Translations under genes and position numbers: made by a program
Notes under the pieces: model-generated
What the model saw: the letters and a program-made list of their open reading frames with translations, nothing else
What the model was told of the DNA's origin: nothing
The model's database searches: none
Assembly (NCBI GenBank): GCA_052139735.1
Contig: JBKQWB010000038.1
Location: forward strand, 37,766-101,765
DNA: 64,000 nucleotides
Source: Smithella sp.
GTDB lineage: Bacteria > Desulfobacterota > Syntrophia > Syntrophales > Smithellaceae
Direction: 5' to 3'
In this document: piece after piece, positions 38,336 through 48,686 of the stretch
Layout: each line of letters opens with the position of its first letter
How positions within the stretch are numbered: position 1 is the stretch's first letter

Positions 38336-39256
38336 TTGAAAACGGTTGTATTTGCCTATCATAATATGGGGCTTACCGGTCTGGATGCATTGGCCCGGCA
38401 TGATTACGACATAGCGGCTGTGTTCACTCATGAAGATGATCCGGATGAAAAATGCTGGTTCGGTTCAGTAAAAAACTGGGCGATACAGAGAAACATTACG
38501 GTACATACAACTGAAGAAGTCAATTCACCTCCGTGGATTGCAAAAATAGCGGCCATTGATCCTGATATAATTTTCTCTTTTTATTATCGCAAAATGATTA
38601 GCCGTGAAATTCTTAGTTTGCCCCGCGTCGGAGCCTTTAATTTACACGGTTCTTTTTTGCCCGCTTATCGGGGACGATGTCCGGTCAACTGGGTAATAAT
38701 CAACGGTGAAAAAACAACCGGCGTTACCCTTCATTATATGATTGATAAACCTGATGCCGGAGACATTGTCGGTCAAAAAGCTGTGAAAATAGACGTATCC
38801 GATACCGCGAAAACTTTGTACGATAAACTCTGCGGGGCTGCACGTGATCTTCTGGACGAACTACTGCCTTTGATTAAGAAAGGTCAGATTCCGCGGCAGA
38901 GGCAGGATTTAACTCAGGGCAGTTATTACGGCGGAAGGCGTCCGGAGGATGGGTGCATTCATTGGGAAAAATCCGCCGATGAAATTTACAATTTGATTCG
39001 CGGCGTCACCGATCCTTATCCCGGCGCTTTCGCGTTTTTAGATAATAATGAGAAAATTATTATCTGGTGGGCCCAACCGGCAGTGATGATTCAAGCCGCT
39101 ATTCCGGGAGAGTTGATTATTAAAGATAAAGAAGCTCTTGTACAAACGGGTAGAAATGCTATAAAGCTAATTGATATTGAAATTCAGGGAAAGCGCCTCA
39201 AAGGCGAACAGATCAGCAGCTATTTTGAAAACAGGAAGGTAATAAGACTGAAATGA
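38336..39256 (+). CDS. arnA: UDP-Ara4N formyltransferase (ArnA N-terminal domain as a separate protein)
   Basis: 306 aa, TTG start. MKTVVFAYHNMGLTGLDAL...FNLHGSFLPAYRGRCPVNWVIINGE closely parallels the N-terminal half of E. coli ArnA. Confidence 0.85.
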   Translation: MKTVVFAYHNMGLTGLDALARHDYDIAAVFTHEDDPDEKCWFGSVKNWAIQRNITVHTTEEVNSPPWIAKIAAIDPDIIFSFYYRKMISREILSLPRVGAFNLHGSFLPAYRGRCPVNWVIINGEKTTGVTLHYMIDKPDAGDIVGQKAVKIDVSDTAKTLYDKLCGAARDLLDELLPLIKKGQIPRQRQDLTQGSYYGGRRPEDGCIHWEKSADEIYNLIRGVTDPYPGAFAFLDNNEKIIIWWAQPAVMIQAAIPGELIIKDKEALVQTGRNAIKLIDIEIQGKRLKGEQISSYFENRKVIRLK

Positions 39257-40287
39257 AAATACTAATTCTAGGTGTGAACGGATTCATCGGACATCATCTT
39301 GTCAACACAATACTGGCGAAAAAGAAAGACTGGATAGTTTACGGCATGGATTTAGGGACAGACCGGCTTGGCAAGGCTCTTGATAATCCGCGTTTTTACT
39401 TTAATGAAGGCGATATTGCCATCAATAGAGAATGGATTGAACTGCAAATTAAAAAATGCGACGTTATCATGCCGCTTGTGGCTATTGCCACTCCAAAGCT
39501 TTACGTGGAAGATCCCATTGCCGTGTATAATCTTGATTTTGAGATGAACGTGGATATCATCAAGAAATGTGTCAAATATCATAAGAGGGTTGTTTTCCCA
39601 TCAACATCGGAAGTATATGGCGCCTGCTCTGATCCGGAATTCAAAGAAGATGAAAGCTTTCTTGTAGTAGGTCCCATCAATAAGGAACGCTGGATATATT
39701 CATGCTGCAAACAACTTCTTGATCGGGTGATTTACGGATACGGAACACGGGGACATTTGGAATTTACTTTGTTTAGGCCTTTTAACTGGATAGGTCCAAG
39801 GCTTGATTCGCTATACACTGCAAAGGAAGGCAGTTCTCGCGTTGTTACGCAGTTTATCGCGGAATTGTTCATGAAGAGGCCGATAAATCTTGTTGATGGC
39901 GGAAAACAAAAGCGCTGTTTTACTTATGTTGATGACGGAATTTCCGCCCTGATGAAAATACTGGAAAATAAAAACGATGTCTGTAAAAATCAGATTATCA
40001 ACATCGGCAATCCTGAAAATGAATGTTCGATACAAGAACTGGCCAACATATTAAAGAAACTGTTTAAAGAACATCCCGATCATAAAAACGATAAAAGTTA
40101 TTCGAAAATAATTGATACTTCCGCGGATACTTTTTACGGCAAGGGTTATCAGGATATTTACACGCGCAAGCCCAGCATTGAAAAAGCAAGAAAGCTTTTG
40201 AACTGGGAACCGAAAATAGGATTGAAAGAATCAATGCGGCTAACGCTTAATTCTTTTCTCAAAGAAAACAAAGACGCTAAAATATAA
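39253..40287 (+). CDS. arnA: UDP-glucuronate decarboxylase/4''-dehydrogenase (ArnA C-terminal domain as a separate protein)
   Basis: 344 aa SDR with ILILGVNGFIGHHL, PSTSEVYG and YSCCKQLLD (the YxxxK catalytic motif). It overlaps the formyltransferase gene by 4 nt. Confidence 0.85.
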   Translation: MKILILGVNGFIGHHLVNTILAKKKDWIVYGMDLGTDRLGKALDNPRFYFNEGDIAINREWIELQIKKCDVIMPLVAIATPKLYVEDPIAVYNLDFEMNVDIIKKCVKYHKRVVFPSTSEVYGACSDPEFKEDESFLVVGPINKERWIYSCCKQLLDRVIYGYGTRGHLEFTLFRPFNWIGPRLDSLYTAKEGSSRVVTQFIAELFMKRPINLVDGGKQKRCFTYVDDGISALMKILENKNDVCKNQIINIGNPENECSIQELANILKKLFKEHPDHKNDKSYSKIIDTSADTFYGKGYQDIYTRKPSIEKARKLLNWEPKIGLKESMRLTLNSFLKENKDAKI

Positions 40288-40316
40288 TCTCAAGCCTTTT
40301 TCGGGAATAAATCCTT

Positions 40317-41174
40317 ATGCCAATGCTCGGGTTAAAAATTGATGTTGATACTTACTGGGGCATGAAAAATGGCGTGCCTTCCGTATTACAAACATTAAAA
40401 GAATTCAATTTAAAGGGGACTTTTTTCCTAAGCATCGGGCCGGATAATTCCGGCAGGGCGGCATTGCAGTTAATCAGAAATCCGCTTTTTTTTAAAAAGA
40501 TGATGCGCACAAACGCGGCTGCCCTTTATGGCTGGAGGACAGCTCTATATGGCACTGTGCTTCCCGCGCCCATGATTGCGCTTTCTTTTCCGCAAATCGT
40601 AAAAGAGATAATTGCCGAAGGTCATGAAGTCCAATTCCACGCGTGGGATCATCGCCGCTGGCAGGACGAACTATCACGCAAATCGGAAAATTGGATTAGA
40701 GACTGGTTTGCCAAAGGCATTGCCGGTTTTGAAAAATTAACAGAAAACAAACCAACAGCGTTTGGGGCTCCTTCCTGGCTTATAGATGATCGGGTGCTGG
40801 AAATCCTTAAGGAATATAAATTCGATTATGTAAGCTGCACAAGAGCTAAAGCGCCATTCATCCACGAAGCAATAAATATCCTGGAAATACCGTCCGACCT
40901 GCCTTGTTTTGAAGAAATTGATGCGAAAAATGGAGTATCAGTCATTACTGATTTACTTAAAGACGGGGGAACACATGTATTGCCGGTTCACGCCGAGGTA
41001 GAAGGGGGAATATTTGAAAATCAATTCAGAGAGCTTTTAAAAAAAGCGCTCAGCATGAAAATAGAAATTATGCCGATGAAGACAATCAAAGATAAACTGA
41101 ATATTAAAACCCTGTCTGTAAGAAAATACAAAATGGAATTACTTCCCGGCCGCCACTCAGCATGCGCTGTATAG
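40317..41174 (+). CDS. arnD: 4-deoxy-4-formamido-L-arabinose-phosphoundecaprenol deformylase
   Basis: 285 aa polysaccharide-deacetylase fold. GLKIDVDTYWGMKNGVPSVLQTLKEFNLKGTFFLSIGPDNSGRA parallels the ArnD N-terminus. Confidence 0.85.
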   Translation: MPMLGLKIDVDTYWGMKNGVPSVLQTLKEFNLKGTFFLSIGPDNSGRAALQLIRNPLFFKKMMRTNAAALYGWRTALYGTVLPAPMIALSFPQIVKEIIAEGHEVQFHAWDHRRWQDELSRKSENWIRDWFAKGIAGFEKLTENKPTAFGAPSWLIDDRVLEILKEYKFDYVSCTRAKAPFIHEAINILEIPSDLPCFEEIDAKNGVSVITDLLKDGGTHVLPVHAEVEGGIFENQFRELLKKALSMKIEIMPMKTIKDKLNIKTLSVRKYKMELLPGRHSACAV

Positions 41175-41195
41175 ATAATTTATAAGAAACTATTG

Positions 41196-41483
41196 TTAGG
41201 AACTTTTCTTAAATAGATATTCCAGCTTGTTTTTAGTTCCTGAGCCGGCTTTGCCGGTCATTCTCTGCGTTTGTTTAAATCTGAAGAAATCACAAAAATT
41301 AGAGCGGGTTTTGTCCAGAACTCTTTCAGCTTGAGGTTCGCGGCAGTCGTTATAAGCGCCAAGCTCAGAGAAAGAGCAATTGAGACAGCAATGTAAATCA
41401 GATCCACAGGACGGGCATTGCGATTGCCGTCCGACAAAAAAATCCTCCGCGATTTCTTTTTCGCATTTGTGGCAGATGTTCAT
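41196..41483 (-). CDS. Small Cys-rich zinc-ribbon protein, function unknown
   Basis: 95 aa with CHKC...CPSCGSDLHCCLNC...C...C. No further assignment is possible from sequence alone. Confidence 0.5.
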   Translation of the reverse strand: MNICHKCEKEIAEDFFVGRQSQCPSCGSDLHCCLNCSFSELGAYNDCREPQAERVLDKTRSNFCDFFRFKQTQRMTGKAGSGTKNKLEYLFKKSS

Positions 41484-41539
41484 TTGTTAAAAATATACAT
41501 TGTGAATTATTTGAATTCATTATCTTATGAGGCGCCAAG

Positions 41540-42112
41540 CTAAGGTTTTTTCTTTTTTTGTGCTGTGAAATTCAACATAAAATTATTTACTCGATCTAAG
41601 ACAGGGTCTAAGAAATTTTCGTTTTCTTTGAGATCACCACGTTTTGATTCTGCTTTTACCTTTTCCCATTCTTCTTTCAAAAGTAGCTGAGTTGTTTTGA
41701 TGAGATCGTTTAGGGAATTTTTGAGTTCAATCCTTTTCGATATATGCGTCAATTCAGGGATTGTCTCTATCAAATCTTCTATTGTACGTTCTAACTTGCT
41801 TTCAGGATCAGGGTTTAGTTGAAGTCTAATCAAATGTCTTAATTTATCAATTTCTTTTAACACTTCGCTCTCTTCAGGTTTGTTTTGAAGGTTTGAACAA
41901 CACCAATTGTATGTTAGTCCACAAAAAGAAGATATATTCTGTCTCAGGGTTTCAATCCATTTAACGCGTTCGCTAGTGACAGTGTTTATAAAAACAGTAC
42001 GGCGGCTTTGTCTATAGTTCATTAAAATGTTCCAAAAGCCAATAATCAAGGTGAGAATTATACCCACTTCGTAGATAAGATCTTTCATAATATCACCATT
42101 TAATTCTAACAA
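41540..42112 (-). CDS. Hypothetical single-pass membrane protein with helical C-terminal domain
   Basis: 190 aa from the ORF track. The more likely start is the ATG at 42088 (MKDLIYEV...) behind GGTGAT. It has one N-terminal TM helix (VGIILTLIIGFWNILM) and sits in a visibly AT-rich stretch. I recognise no motif. Confidence 0.4.
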   Translation of the reverse strand: MLELNGDIMKDLIYEVGIILTLIIGFWNILMNYRQSRRTVFINTVTSERVKWIETLRQNISSFCGLTYNWCCSNLQNKPEESEVLKEIDKLRHLIRLQLNPDPESKLERTIEDLIETIPELTHISKRIELKNSLNDLIKTTQLLLKEEWEKVKAESKRGDLKENENFLDPVLDRVNNFMLNFTAQKKKKP

Positions 42113-42182
42113 TTAAGATACAAACTTTAATTTTACTGATATTTTAAATATCTTCATAAAGCAAATAAATATTTTTAATAAT

Positions 42183-43415
42183 CTAAACTTCTCTCATCCA
42201 GTTTTTTCCGCCCAGAATTCTTGCAACCAGAAGGCTTGCCACATTATCACCAACGGCGTTGACCATTGTCGCGGGAGCGTCAACCAGCGTGCCGATTACC
42301 GTGATCAATGGAAATGCTTCAGGCGGAAAGCCGTAAAGAGAGATAATCAGCAGTTCTCCAATAGTGCCGCCGCCCGGTATGCCGCTTACGACCATTCCCG
42401 TCAGCATGCCGATTCCGATTGCTGTCAATATAGTTCCGGCACCGGTAAAATCCATGTGGAAAACGCCGAAAAGGAAAGCTATTTTTAAGACGGCGGCGAG
42501 GCACGATCCCTCCATGTGCAGTGTAGCGCCAACGGGAATGACAATCTCGCTGATTTCCCGTGGAACGCCCATTTTATCAGCAGCATCCAGGTTGGATGGT
42601 ATTGTAACCATGCTGCTTCCCGTAGCCAGAGCTGTGATTGATGGAGGAATAATGTTTTTCCAGAATGCCTTCACGCCCGGACCTTTTGCCGCGATGTATA
42701 CATAAAGTGTAAAGGCGACAAAAAAGTATAAGATGGCAAGAGGGAAATACAGGATGATAACCCTGGCATAGGAACCGAGCAGTTCAGTGCCGAAAGATCC
42801 TGTAATGTACGCGAAATACGCGCATAAACCGATCGGCGCATAGAGCATGATATAGCCGATAACCTTCATCATCACTTCAGTTCCCGCACTCAGGAAATCA
42901 GTAAAAGCCTTTCCTTTTTTACCGGCTGAGGAGGCGCCCAGACCTACGAGAATAGAAAAAATAATCAGCACCAGCATGTTATTTTTGCTCATGATATCGC
43001 GGAAGTCTGATACGGTCAGCGCCTTTGCAATTTGTTCGGCGGTATTGAAATGCTCTATCTTCAGGTATGAACCTAAATTGATATTAATGCCCGGCGCGGG
43101 AGGGTATATCTTTACGCCGATCATCATGACGCAGGCGGCAATAAAACCTGCAATGGTAAAGACGACGATCATGGCTGTCAATATTTTACCCAGGCGCTTC
43201 ATGTCGGACATCCCCGCGACAGCTGATGAAATGGAGAAAAAAACCAGGGGAATTACGATTGTAAAAAGAAGATTGAGGAATATGTCTCCGAGCGGTTTGA
43301 AAACAGCCGCATCCTTTTTGAAGCTGATCCCCAGAATGGAACCGATAGCGATAGATATAATCAAGATTAACGAGAAACCATAGGATTTTAAAAAAGCCGG
43401 TAATTTAATTTTCAT
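42183..43415 (-). CDS. Dicarboxylate/amino acid:cation symporter (DAACS) family transporter
   Basis: 410 aa polytopic protein with the reentrant-loop regions SSMVTIPS and VDAPATMVNAVGDN, typical of GltP/SstT-type carriers. Confidence 0.75.
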   Translation of the reverse strand: MKIKLPAFLKSYGFSLILIISIAIGSILGISFKKDAAVFKPLGDIFLNLLFTIVIPLVFFSISSAVAGMSDMKRLGKILTAMIVVFTIAGFIAACVMMIGVKIYPPAPGININLGSYLKIEHFNTAEQIAKALTVSDFRDIMSKNNMLVLIIFSILVGLGASSAGKKGKAFTDFLSAGTEVMMKVIGYIMLYAPIGLCAYFAYITGSFGTELLGSYARVIILYFPLAILYFFVAFTLYVYIAAKGPGVKAFWKNIIPPSITALATGSSMVTIPSNLDAADKMGVPREISEIVIPVGATLHMEGSCLAAVLKIAFLFGVFHMDFTGAGTILTAIGIGMLTGMVVSGIPGGGTIGELLIISLYGFPPEAFPLITVIGTLVDAPATMVNAVGDNVASLLVARILGGKNWMREV

Positions 43416-43419
43416 AGTT

Positions 43420-44184
43420 TCACTCTATGGGGAAATCGAAATAAGTGTCGGGATAAGGTTCGTTCTTCAGCGTAAAATGCCACCACTCCATATCATAATT
43501 TTTAAAGCCGTGCTTTTCCATCAGCGATTTGAGAAGAAGCCTGTTGATTTTTTGCTGATGGCTTATATTTGGATTTGCGGTGTGCGAGAGTTCGTGAAAA
43601 CAATCAAAGCCGGTTCCCATATCGATGCTGTTATCCGCAAAGCGTTTTACCGCGGGAAGATAGCATTCGTAAAGTTTTTGTCCCGGCGTATATTGCGGCT
43701 GCGCAGAAACAGGCAGGGGGACAATGGTCAGATCAAGCGTGCTGCCGCGGCTGTGGCCGGACTTGTCGGCAATGTAGCCGTCCCTGAATAAATTTCGCTT
43801 ATCTACTGTAGGATAGAACTCTTTCATTGTTTTGGTATTTTCAATTTCAGTTGCCCAGCGGGCAAAATGATTAACAGCTCTTTGAGGCCTGTAGCAATCA
43901 TAAATCTTCAGTGACAGGGAAAACGGTTCCATATCTTTCTGAACTTTGGAAAGCGCTTCGGCTGCTTCTTTGGTTAAAAAACATTTAGGCGCCAGGTAAC
44001 CGTCAACCCTTTCTCCAACAAAATTGTGTACGCTGTAATAACGAATGTCCAGAACAATCTCCGGAATTACTTTTTGTATATCTACAAAGCCGTCCGGTAT
44101 TTTATCAGCATCGGCGGTATGAGCAACTTGAGGGAAACATAAACAGGTAAAGATCAACAGTATGAGTACAATTTTTGATTTCAT
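43420..44184 (-). CDS. Secreted D-alanyl-D-alanine dipeptidase (M15D, VanX/DdpX type)
   Basis: 254 aa. It has a signal peptide (ILLIFTCLCFPQVAHTA), the zinc/catalytic motifs SGHSRGSTLDLTI and EWWHF, and YDCYRP. Confidence 0.8.
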   Translation of the reverse strand: MKSKIVLILLIFTCLCFPQVAHTADADKIPDGFVDIQKVIPEIVLDIRYYSVHNFVGERVDGYLAPKCFLTKEAAEALSKVQKDMEPFSLSLKIYDCYRPQRAVNHFARWATEIENTKTMKEFYPTVDKRNLFRDGYIADKSGHSRGSTLDLTIVPLPVSAQPQYTPGQKLYECYLPAVKRFADNSIDMGTGFDCFHELSHTANPNISHQQKINRLLLKSLMEKHGFKNYDMEWWHFTLKNEPYPDTYFDFPIE

Positions 44185-44199
44185 AATAATAGCCTCCGT

Positions 44200-44928
44200 C
44201 TAATTTCTGATGCCTGTAATAATAATCGGTGATGCCGCTGGATCAAGCCAGTCAAGAATTTTAAGAATGTTTTCTTCGGACATTGCCACACAACCTGCTG
44301 TAGGCACATTTTCACCCTTCCAGATATGCATAAAAATAGCGCTGCCATTTCCTTCGATAACAGGATTGGTATTATATTCTATGATAATTCCGTATTTGTA
44401 AAGGTTGTCGTCACGTTTCATTATTTCGTACGAAGCCGCGCCGGATTCCTGTTTTTTTGTCCAGTGATTATAATCGTCGGCGTTAGGATCATCAACCCAT
44501 ATGTCATCGGCTAATGCCTGGCGGTAAGGCATTTTTGTTCTTATTGTTGCATCATAGCCAAAAGTCATTTTAAGGGAATAGATGCCGGAAGGCGTTTTAC
44601 CATCGCCTTCTCTTTTTTCTCCAGGAGGCGCAAACCCCTTTTCCCCGATTACAATGTTGAAGGGTTCCAATGCCATTTGCCAGGTATCTTCGCGCTTCTC
44701 CATCGCGTAAAGTGTTGTTCTGGTAAAGAAAAATGAACTATTGTCCACTGCTAAAAGAATTTGGGCGGATTTATCAATCTGATTTGTTTGTAATTTTAAA
44801 AACGTTGAGGTATCGAATTTATGTGCTGCTGGGGAAATGAAGCATGCCGTCACTGATAAAAGTATCAGCATCATGGAAAATAACCGGATAAAACTGTAAT
44901 ATTTCTTTATCTGCATAGAATTATTCAA
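44200..44928 (-). CDS. L,D-transpeptidase-fold (YkuD-like) protein
   Basis: 242 aa with an N-terminal signal/anchor and the C-terminal catalytic context GSAIFMHIWKGENVPTAGCVAM (His...Thr-x-Gly-Cys). Confidence 0.7.
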   Translation of the reverse strand: MNNSMQIKKYYSFIRLFSMMLILLSVTACFISPAAHKFDTSTFLKLQTNQIDKSAQILLAVDNSSFFFTRTTLYAMEKREDTWQMALEPFNIVIGEKGFAPPGEKREGDGKTPSGIYSLKMTFGYDATIRTKMPYRQALADDIWVDDPNADDYNHWTKKQESGAASYEIMKRDDNLYKYGIIIEYNTNPVIEGNGSAIFMHIWKGENVPTAGCVAMSEENILKILDWLDPAASPIIITGIRN

Positions 44929-45094
44929 CTCTTTTTATCTTTCAGGTAAAGACAATATGGCATTAATATAAAAAATTCAAGCTATAACGTTAAATCAAGT
45001 TATCCTTGACTTTAATTCTTTTTTTATGGTAGCTAAAGCAACCTATAATTAAAAAACTTGCTAATCTTAAGTTAAACCTCAAGGGAAAGAATAA

Positions 45095-45991
45095 ATGTCT
45101 GATCATTTTACATTGATGATTATTCCTAACAGAAAGAGTGGAGTCAAAAAAATATCTGTTCCAAAAACTTTTATTCGTTATATTATTATTGCTTCCGTTG
45201 TGGTCACTCTTGTAACCCTTTATGTTATTTACGATTATGCCAGTATTAAAAGAGACAGAGCTGAACTGGCAAGGCTAAGAGCACAAACTAAAGAACAATC
45301 TCAACAATTCCGGGATTTGGCTATGAGAATAGATGAGTTTTCCAGCCGTATGGAAGAGCTCAGACAAACTGATAAAAAAATCAGAGTATTAGCATATGAA
45401 ACAAGCAAGGATAAAAAACTGCCGCTGGCTATTGGCGGGTCTGATCCTGAAACTAGAATAAAGGATTTATTAAATCAAGATCATGATAAATTAATAACGG
45501 GCATGCATAAGGGAATTGAAAAGCTTAATGAGGATGCTAAAGATAGGGAAAAGAGCTTTGACGAATTACTGGCTTTCTTACATGAACAAAAATCAATCCT
45601 TGCTTCCACACCTTCTATATGGCCGGTAACAGGCTGGATAACGTCGGAATTCGGCATAAGGCAATCACCTTTCGGTTCAGGGCTTGAATTTCATAAAGGG
45701 GTGGATATATCTACACGATTCGGTAAAGAAGTCGTTGCGCCGGCTGATGGGCTTGTCGTTACGAGTGCTTTTGATTCCTCGGATGGTAATTATATAAAAA
45801 TAGACCACGGCCATGGCCTGGCTACCGGTTTTGCACATTTATCGAGGATGGCTGTGAAACAGGGAGTTAGAGTTAAAAAGGGTCAGATAATAGGTTATGT
45901 CGGCGATACCGGACGCAGCACAGGTTCGCATCTCCACTATGCCGTTTTTGTAAATAATATTCCGGTTAATCCCAAAAGATATTTGAATTAA
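45095..45991 (+). CDS. M23-family murein endopeptidase with N-terminal anchor and coiled coil
   Basis: 298 aa with FHKGVDI, DHGHG and GSHLHYAV zinc-site motifs. Confidence 0.85.
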   Translation: MSDHFTLMIIPNRKSGVKKISVPKTFIRYIIIASVVVTLVTLYVIYDYASIKRDRAELARLRAQTKEQSQQFRDLAMRIDEFSSRMEELRQTDKKIRVLAYETSKDKKLPLAIGGSDPETRIKDLLNQDHDKLITGMHKGIEKLNEDAKDREKSFDELLAFLHEQKSILASTPSIWPVTGWITSEFGIRQSPFGSGLEFHKGVDISTRFGKEVVAPADGLVVTSAFDSSDGNYIKIDHGHGLATGFAHLSRMAVKQGVRVKKGQIIGYVGDTGRSTGSHLHYAVFVNNIPVNPKRYLN

Positions 45992-46147
45992 ATGATTGGG
46001 AATGAAAAGCAAAGTTACTGAATAAAAATTAAAATCAGTTTTCTTTGTGAAAAAGATCTACGTTGGAGATTGGGGTTTTATTATTAATAAAATCAATTTA
46101 TTTAAATTCACCGGTTAGTTCGCCGGTTTTTTTTTAAAAGGTAATCC

Positions 46148-48670
46148 ATGCTGGAAAGTATACTGAGAAAGATTGTAGGAACAAAAAATGATCGGGAGTT
46201 AAAACGATTATCGCTGCTTTTAAACGAAGTCAATAATTTTGAACCAACGATGATGTCTTTAACTGATGAAGAATTACGCGCGAAAACTCCATATTTTAAA
46301 GAAAGGTTAAAAAGCGGCTTTTCTGTAGATGATATTTTAACCGAAGCTTTTGCCGTAGTGCGGGAAGTTTCGCGCCGGACTTTGTTGATGAGGCCCTTTG
46401 ATGTTCAGGTAATCGGCGGAATAGTTTTGCATGAAGGCAAGATCGCTGAAATGAAAACAGGCGAAGGAAAAACACTGGCCGCGACAATGCCTCTCTATCT
46501 TAATGCGCTGGAAGAAAAAGGATGCCATGTCGTAACCGTGAATGATTATCTGGCCGGAAGAGATTCGGAATGGATGGGGCCGATCTATAAATACTTGGGT
46601 TTAAGTGTTGGTGTTGTTATTCATGGTATGGATGATGATGAACGCAGAGAGGCATACCATGCCGACATCACCTATGGAACTAATAATGAATTTGGGTTCG
46701 ATTATCTCCGTGACAATATGAAATTTACTTTAAATGATTACGTTCAGCGCGAGTTCAATTATGCTATTGTTGACGAAGTTGACAGCATTTTAATTGATGA
46801 AGCCAGGACTCCGCTTATTATTTCCGGCTCATCCGAAGAATCAACAGATAAATACCATAAAATAAATCAAATAATTCCCAGATTAAAAAGGGATACCGAT
46901 TATTCAATAGACGAAAAAAGCCGCACGGTAGTTCTTACGGAAGAAGGGGTCGCGCATGTAGAGGGATATTTAAATGTGCAGAATCTTTACGAACCGCGCA
47001 ACATTGAACTCGTTCATTATGTCAATCAGGCTCTCCGCGCCCATACCTTGTTTAAAAGAGATGTGGATTATCTGGTTAAAGAAGGAGAAGTTATAATTGT
47101 TGATGAATTCACGGGCAGAGTAATGCCCGGCAGGCGTTACAGTGATGGCCTTCATCAGGCCCTTGAAGCAAAAGAAAAAGTAAAAATTGAAAAAGAAAAT
47201 CAAACTCTGGCTTCAATTACATTTCAAAATTATTTCAGGATGTACAAAAAGCTGGCCGGTATGACGGGAACCGCCGATACGGAAGCGTCTGAATTCAAGA
47301 AAATTTATAATCTGGATGTTTTAGTTATTCCAACCAACATGCCGATGATACGCGAAGACCGCAATGATTTAATCTATAAATCAGAAAAGGAAAAATTTAA
47401 TGCTGTCATTAAAGACGTTAAAGATTTAAACCAAAAAAAACGGCCGGTTTTGATTGGAACTATTTCTATCGAAAAGTCGGAACTCTTGAGCAAATATTTA
47501 ACTCGTGCCGGCGTAAAGCATCATGTCCTGAATGCGAAAAATCATGAAAGAGAAGCGGAGATAGTTGCTCAGGCCGGTCAGCCGGGCATGGTTACTATAT
47601 CCACTAATATGGCTGGCCGCGGCACTGATATTAAGTTGGGAGAGGGTGTGGCGGAACTGGGAGGCCTGCACATTTTAGGCACCGAACGTCATGAAAGCCG
47701 CCGCATTGACAATCAATTAAGAGGACGATCCGGCCGGCAGGGAGATAAAGGTTCTTCCCACTTTTATCTTTCTTTAGAAGATGATCTTTTGCGAATATTC
47801 GGCGCTGAGAGAATATCGGGGATTATGGACAAAATAGGGATAGAAGAAGATCAGCCCATTGAACATAAATATATTTCCCGCGCTATAGAAAATGCCCAGA
47901 AGCGCGTTGAAGGACAAAACTTTGATATCCGCAAACATCTGCTTGATTATGATGACGTAATGAACAGGCAGCGTAAAGTGATTTATGAGCAACGTAAAAA
48001 AGTATTGCGTGGTGATAGTTTATGGACAGATATTGAGGAAATGGTTGATGAAATTGTTGACGATCTTTTGTCTGAGTTTGTTAATGAAAAAGCGCATAAA
48101 GAGGAGTGGAACCTCAAAGGGCTTGACGATGCTTTATTTAAGCAGTTCAATGTAAAACTCGATTTAAATAATCCGGATAAAAAAATTCCGGATCAGTTGT
48201 CCATTCGTGAGTTTATAATTCAAAATGTTCAGAAATTTCTACATGATAAAGAAAATGAATTTGGCAAAGAACTCATGGATTACTTGATAAAAGTGATTAT
48301 GTTGCAGGCAATAGATACTCAATGGAAAGAACATTTGCTGGCAATGGATCATTTAAGAGAAGGTATCGGTTTGCGCGGCTATGCCCAGAAAGATCCTGTG
48401 CGGGAATATCAGCGTGAAGGGTATGAAATGTTTATGGAAATGATTTCCCGCATTAAGATGGATGTGTTGGAAAAGTTATGTTTGATTAGAATACAAAGAG
48501 AAGAAGAAGTAGAAGAAATACGGCAGAAACAAAAACAGGATTACATTATGAGCCGTGGAGAAGATGTGCCGGAAGCGAAAACAATTAAGCATGAGGGCGC
48601 CAAGACCGGACGGAATGATCCTTGTCCCTGTGGAAGCGGCAAGAAATATAAAAAGTGTTGCGGTGCTTAA
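46148..48670 (+). CDS. secA: Preprotein translocase ATPase SecA
   Basis: 840 aa with MKTGEGKTL (Walker A), [30 protein letters not shown] and the C-terminal zinc finger [13 protein letters not shown]. Confidence 0.97.
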   Translation: MLESILRKIVGTKNDRELKRLSLLLNEVNNFEPTMMSLTDEELRAKTPYFKERLKSGFSVDDILTEAFAVVREVSRRTLLMRPFDVQVIGGIVLHEGKIAEMKTGEGKTLAATMPLYLNALEEKGCHVVTVNDYLAGRDSEWMGPIYKYLGLSVGVVIHGMDDDERREAYHADITYGTNNEFGFDYLRDNMKFTLNDYVQREFNYAIVDEVDSILIDEARTPLIISGSSEESTDKYHKINQIIPRLKRDTDYSIDEKSRTVVLTEEGVAHVEGYLNVQNLYEPRNIELVHYVNQALRAHTLFKRDVDYLVKEGEVIIVDEFTGRVMPGRRYSDGLHQALEAKEKVKIEKENQTLASITFQNYFRMYKKLAGMTGTADTEASEFKKIYNLDVLVIPTNMPMIREDRNDLIYKSEKEKFNAVIKDVKDLNQKKRPVLIGTISIEKSELLSKYLTRAGVKHHVLNAKNHEREAEIVAQAGQPGMVTISTNMAGRGTDIKLGEGVAELGGLHILGTERHESRRIDNQLRGRSGRQGDKGSSHFYLSLEDDLLRIFGAERISGIMDKIGIEEDQPIEHKYISRAIENAQKRVEGQNFDIRKHLLDYDDVMNRQRKVIYEQRKKVLRGDSLWTDIEEMVDEIVDDLLSEFVNEKAHKEEWNLKGLDDALFKQFNVKLDLNNPDKKIPDQLSIREFIIQNVQKFLHDKENEFGKELMDYLIKVIMLQAIDTQWKEHLLAMDHLREGIGLRGYAQKDPVREYQREGYEMFMEMISRIKMDVLEKLCLIRIQREEEVEEIRQKQKQDYIMSRGEDVPEAKTIKHEGAKTGRNDPCPCGSGKKYKKCCGA

Positions 48671-48686
48671 GTTATATTAGAAGGAG

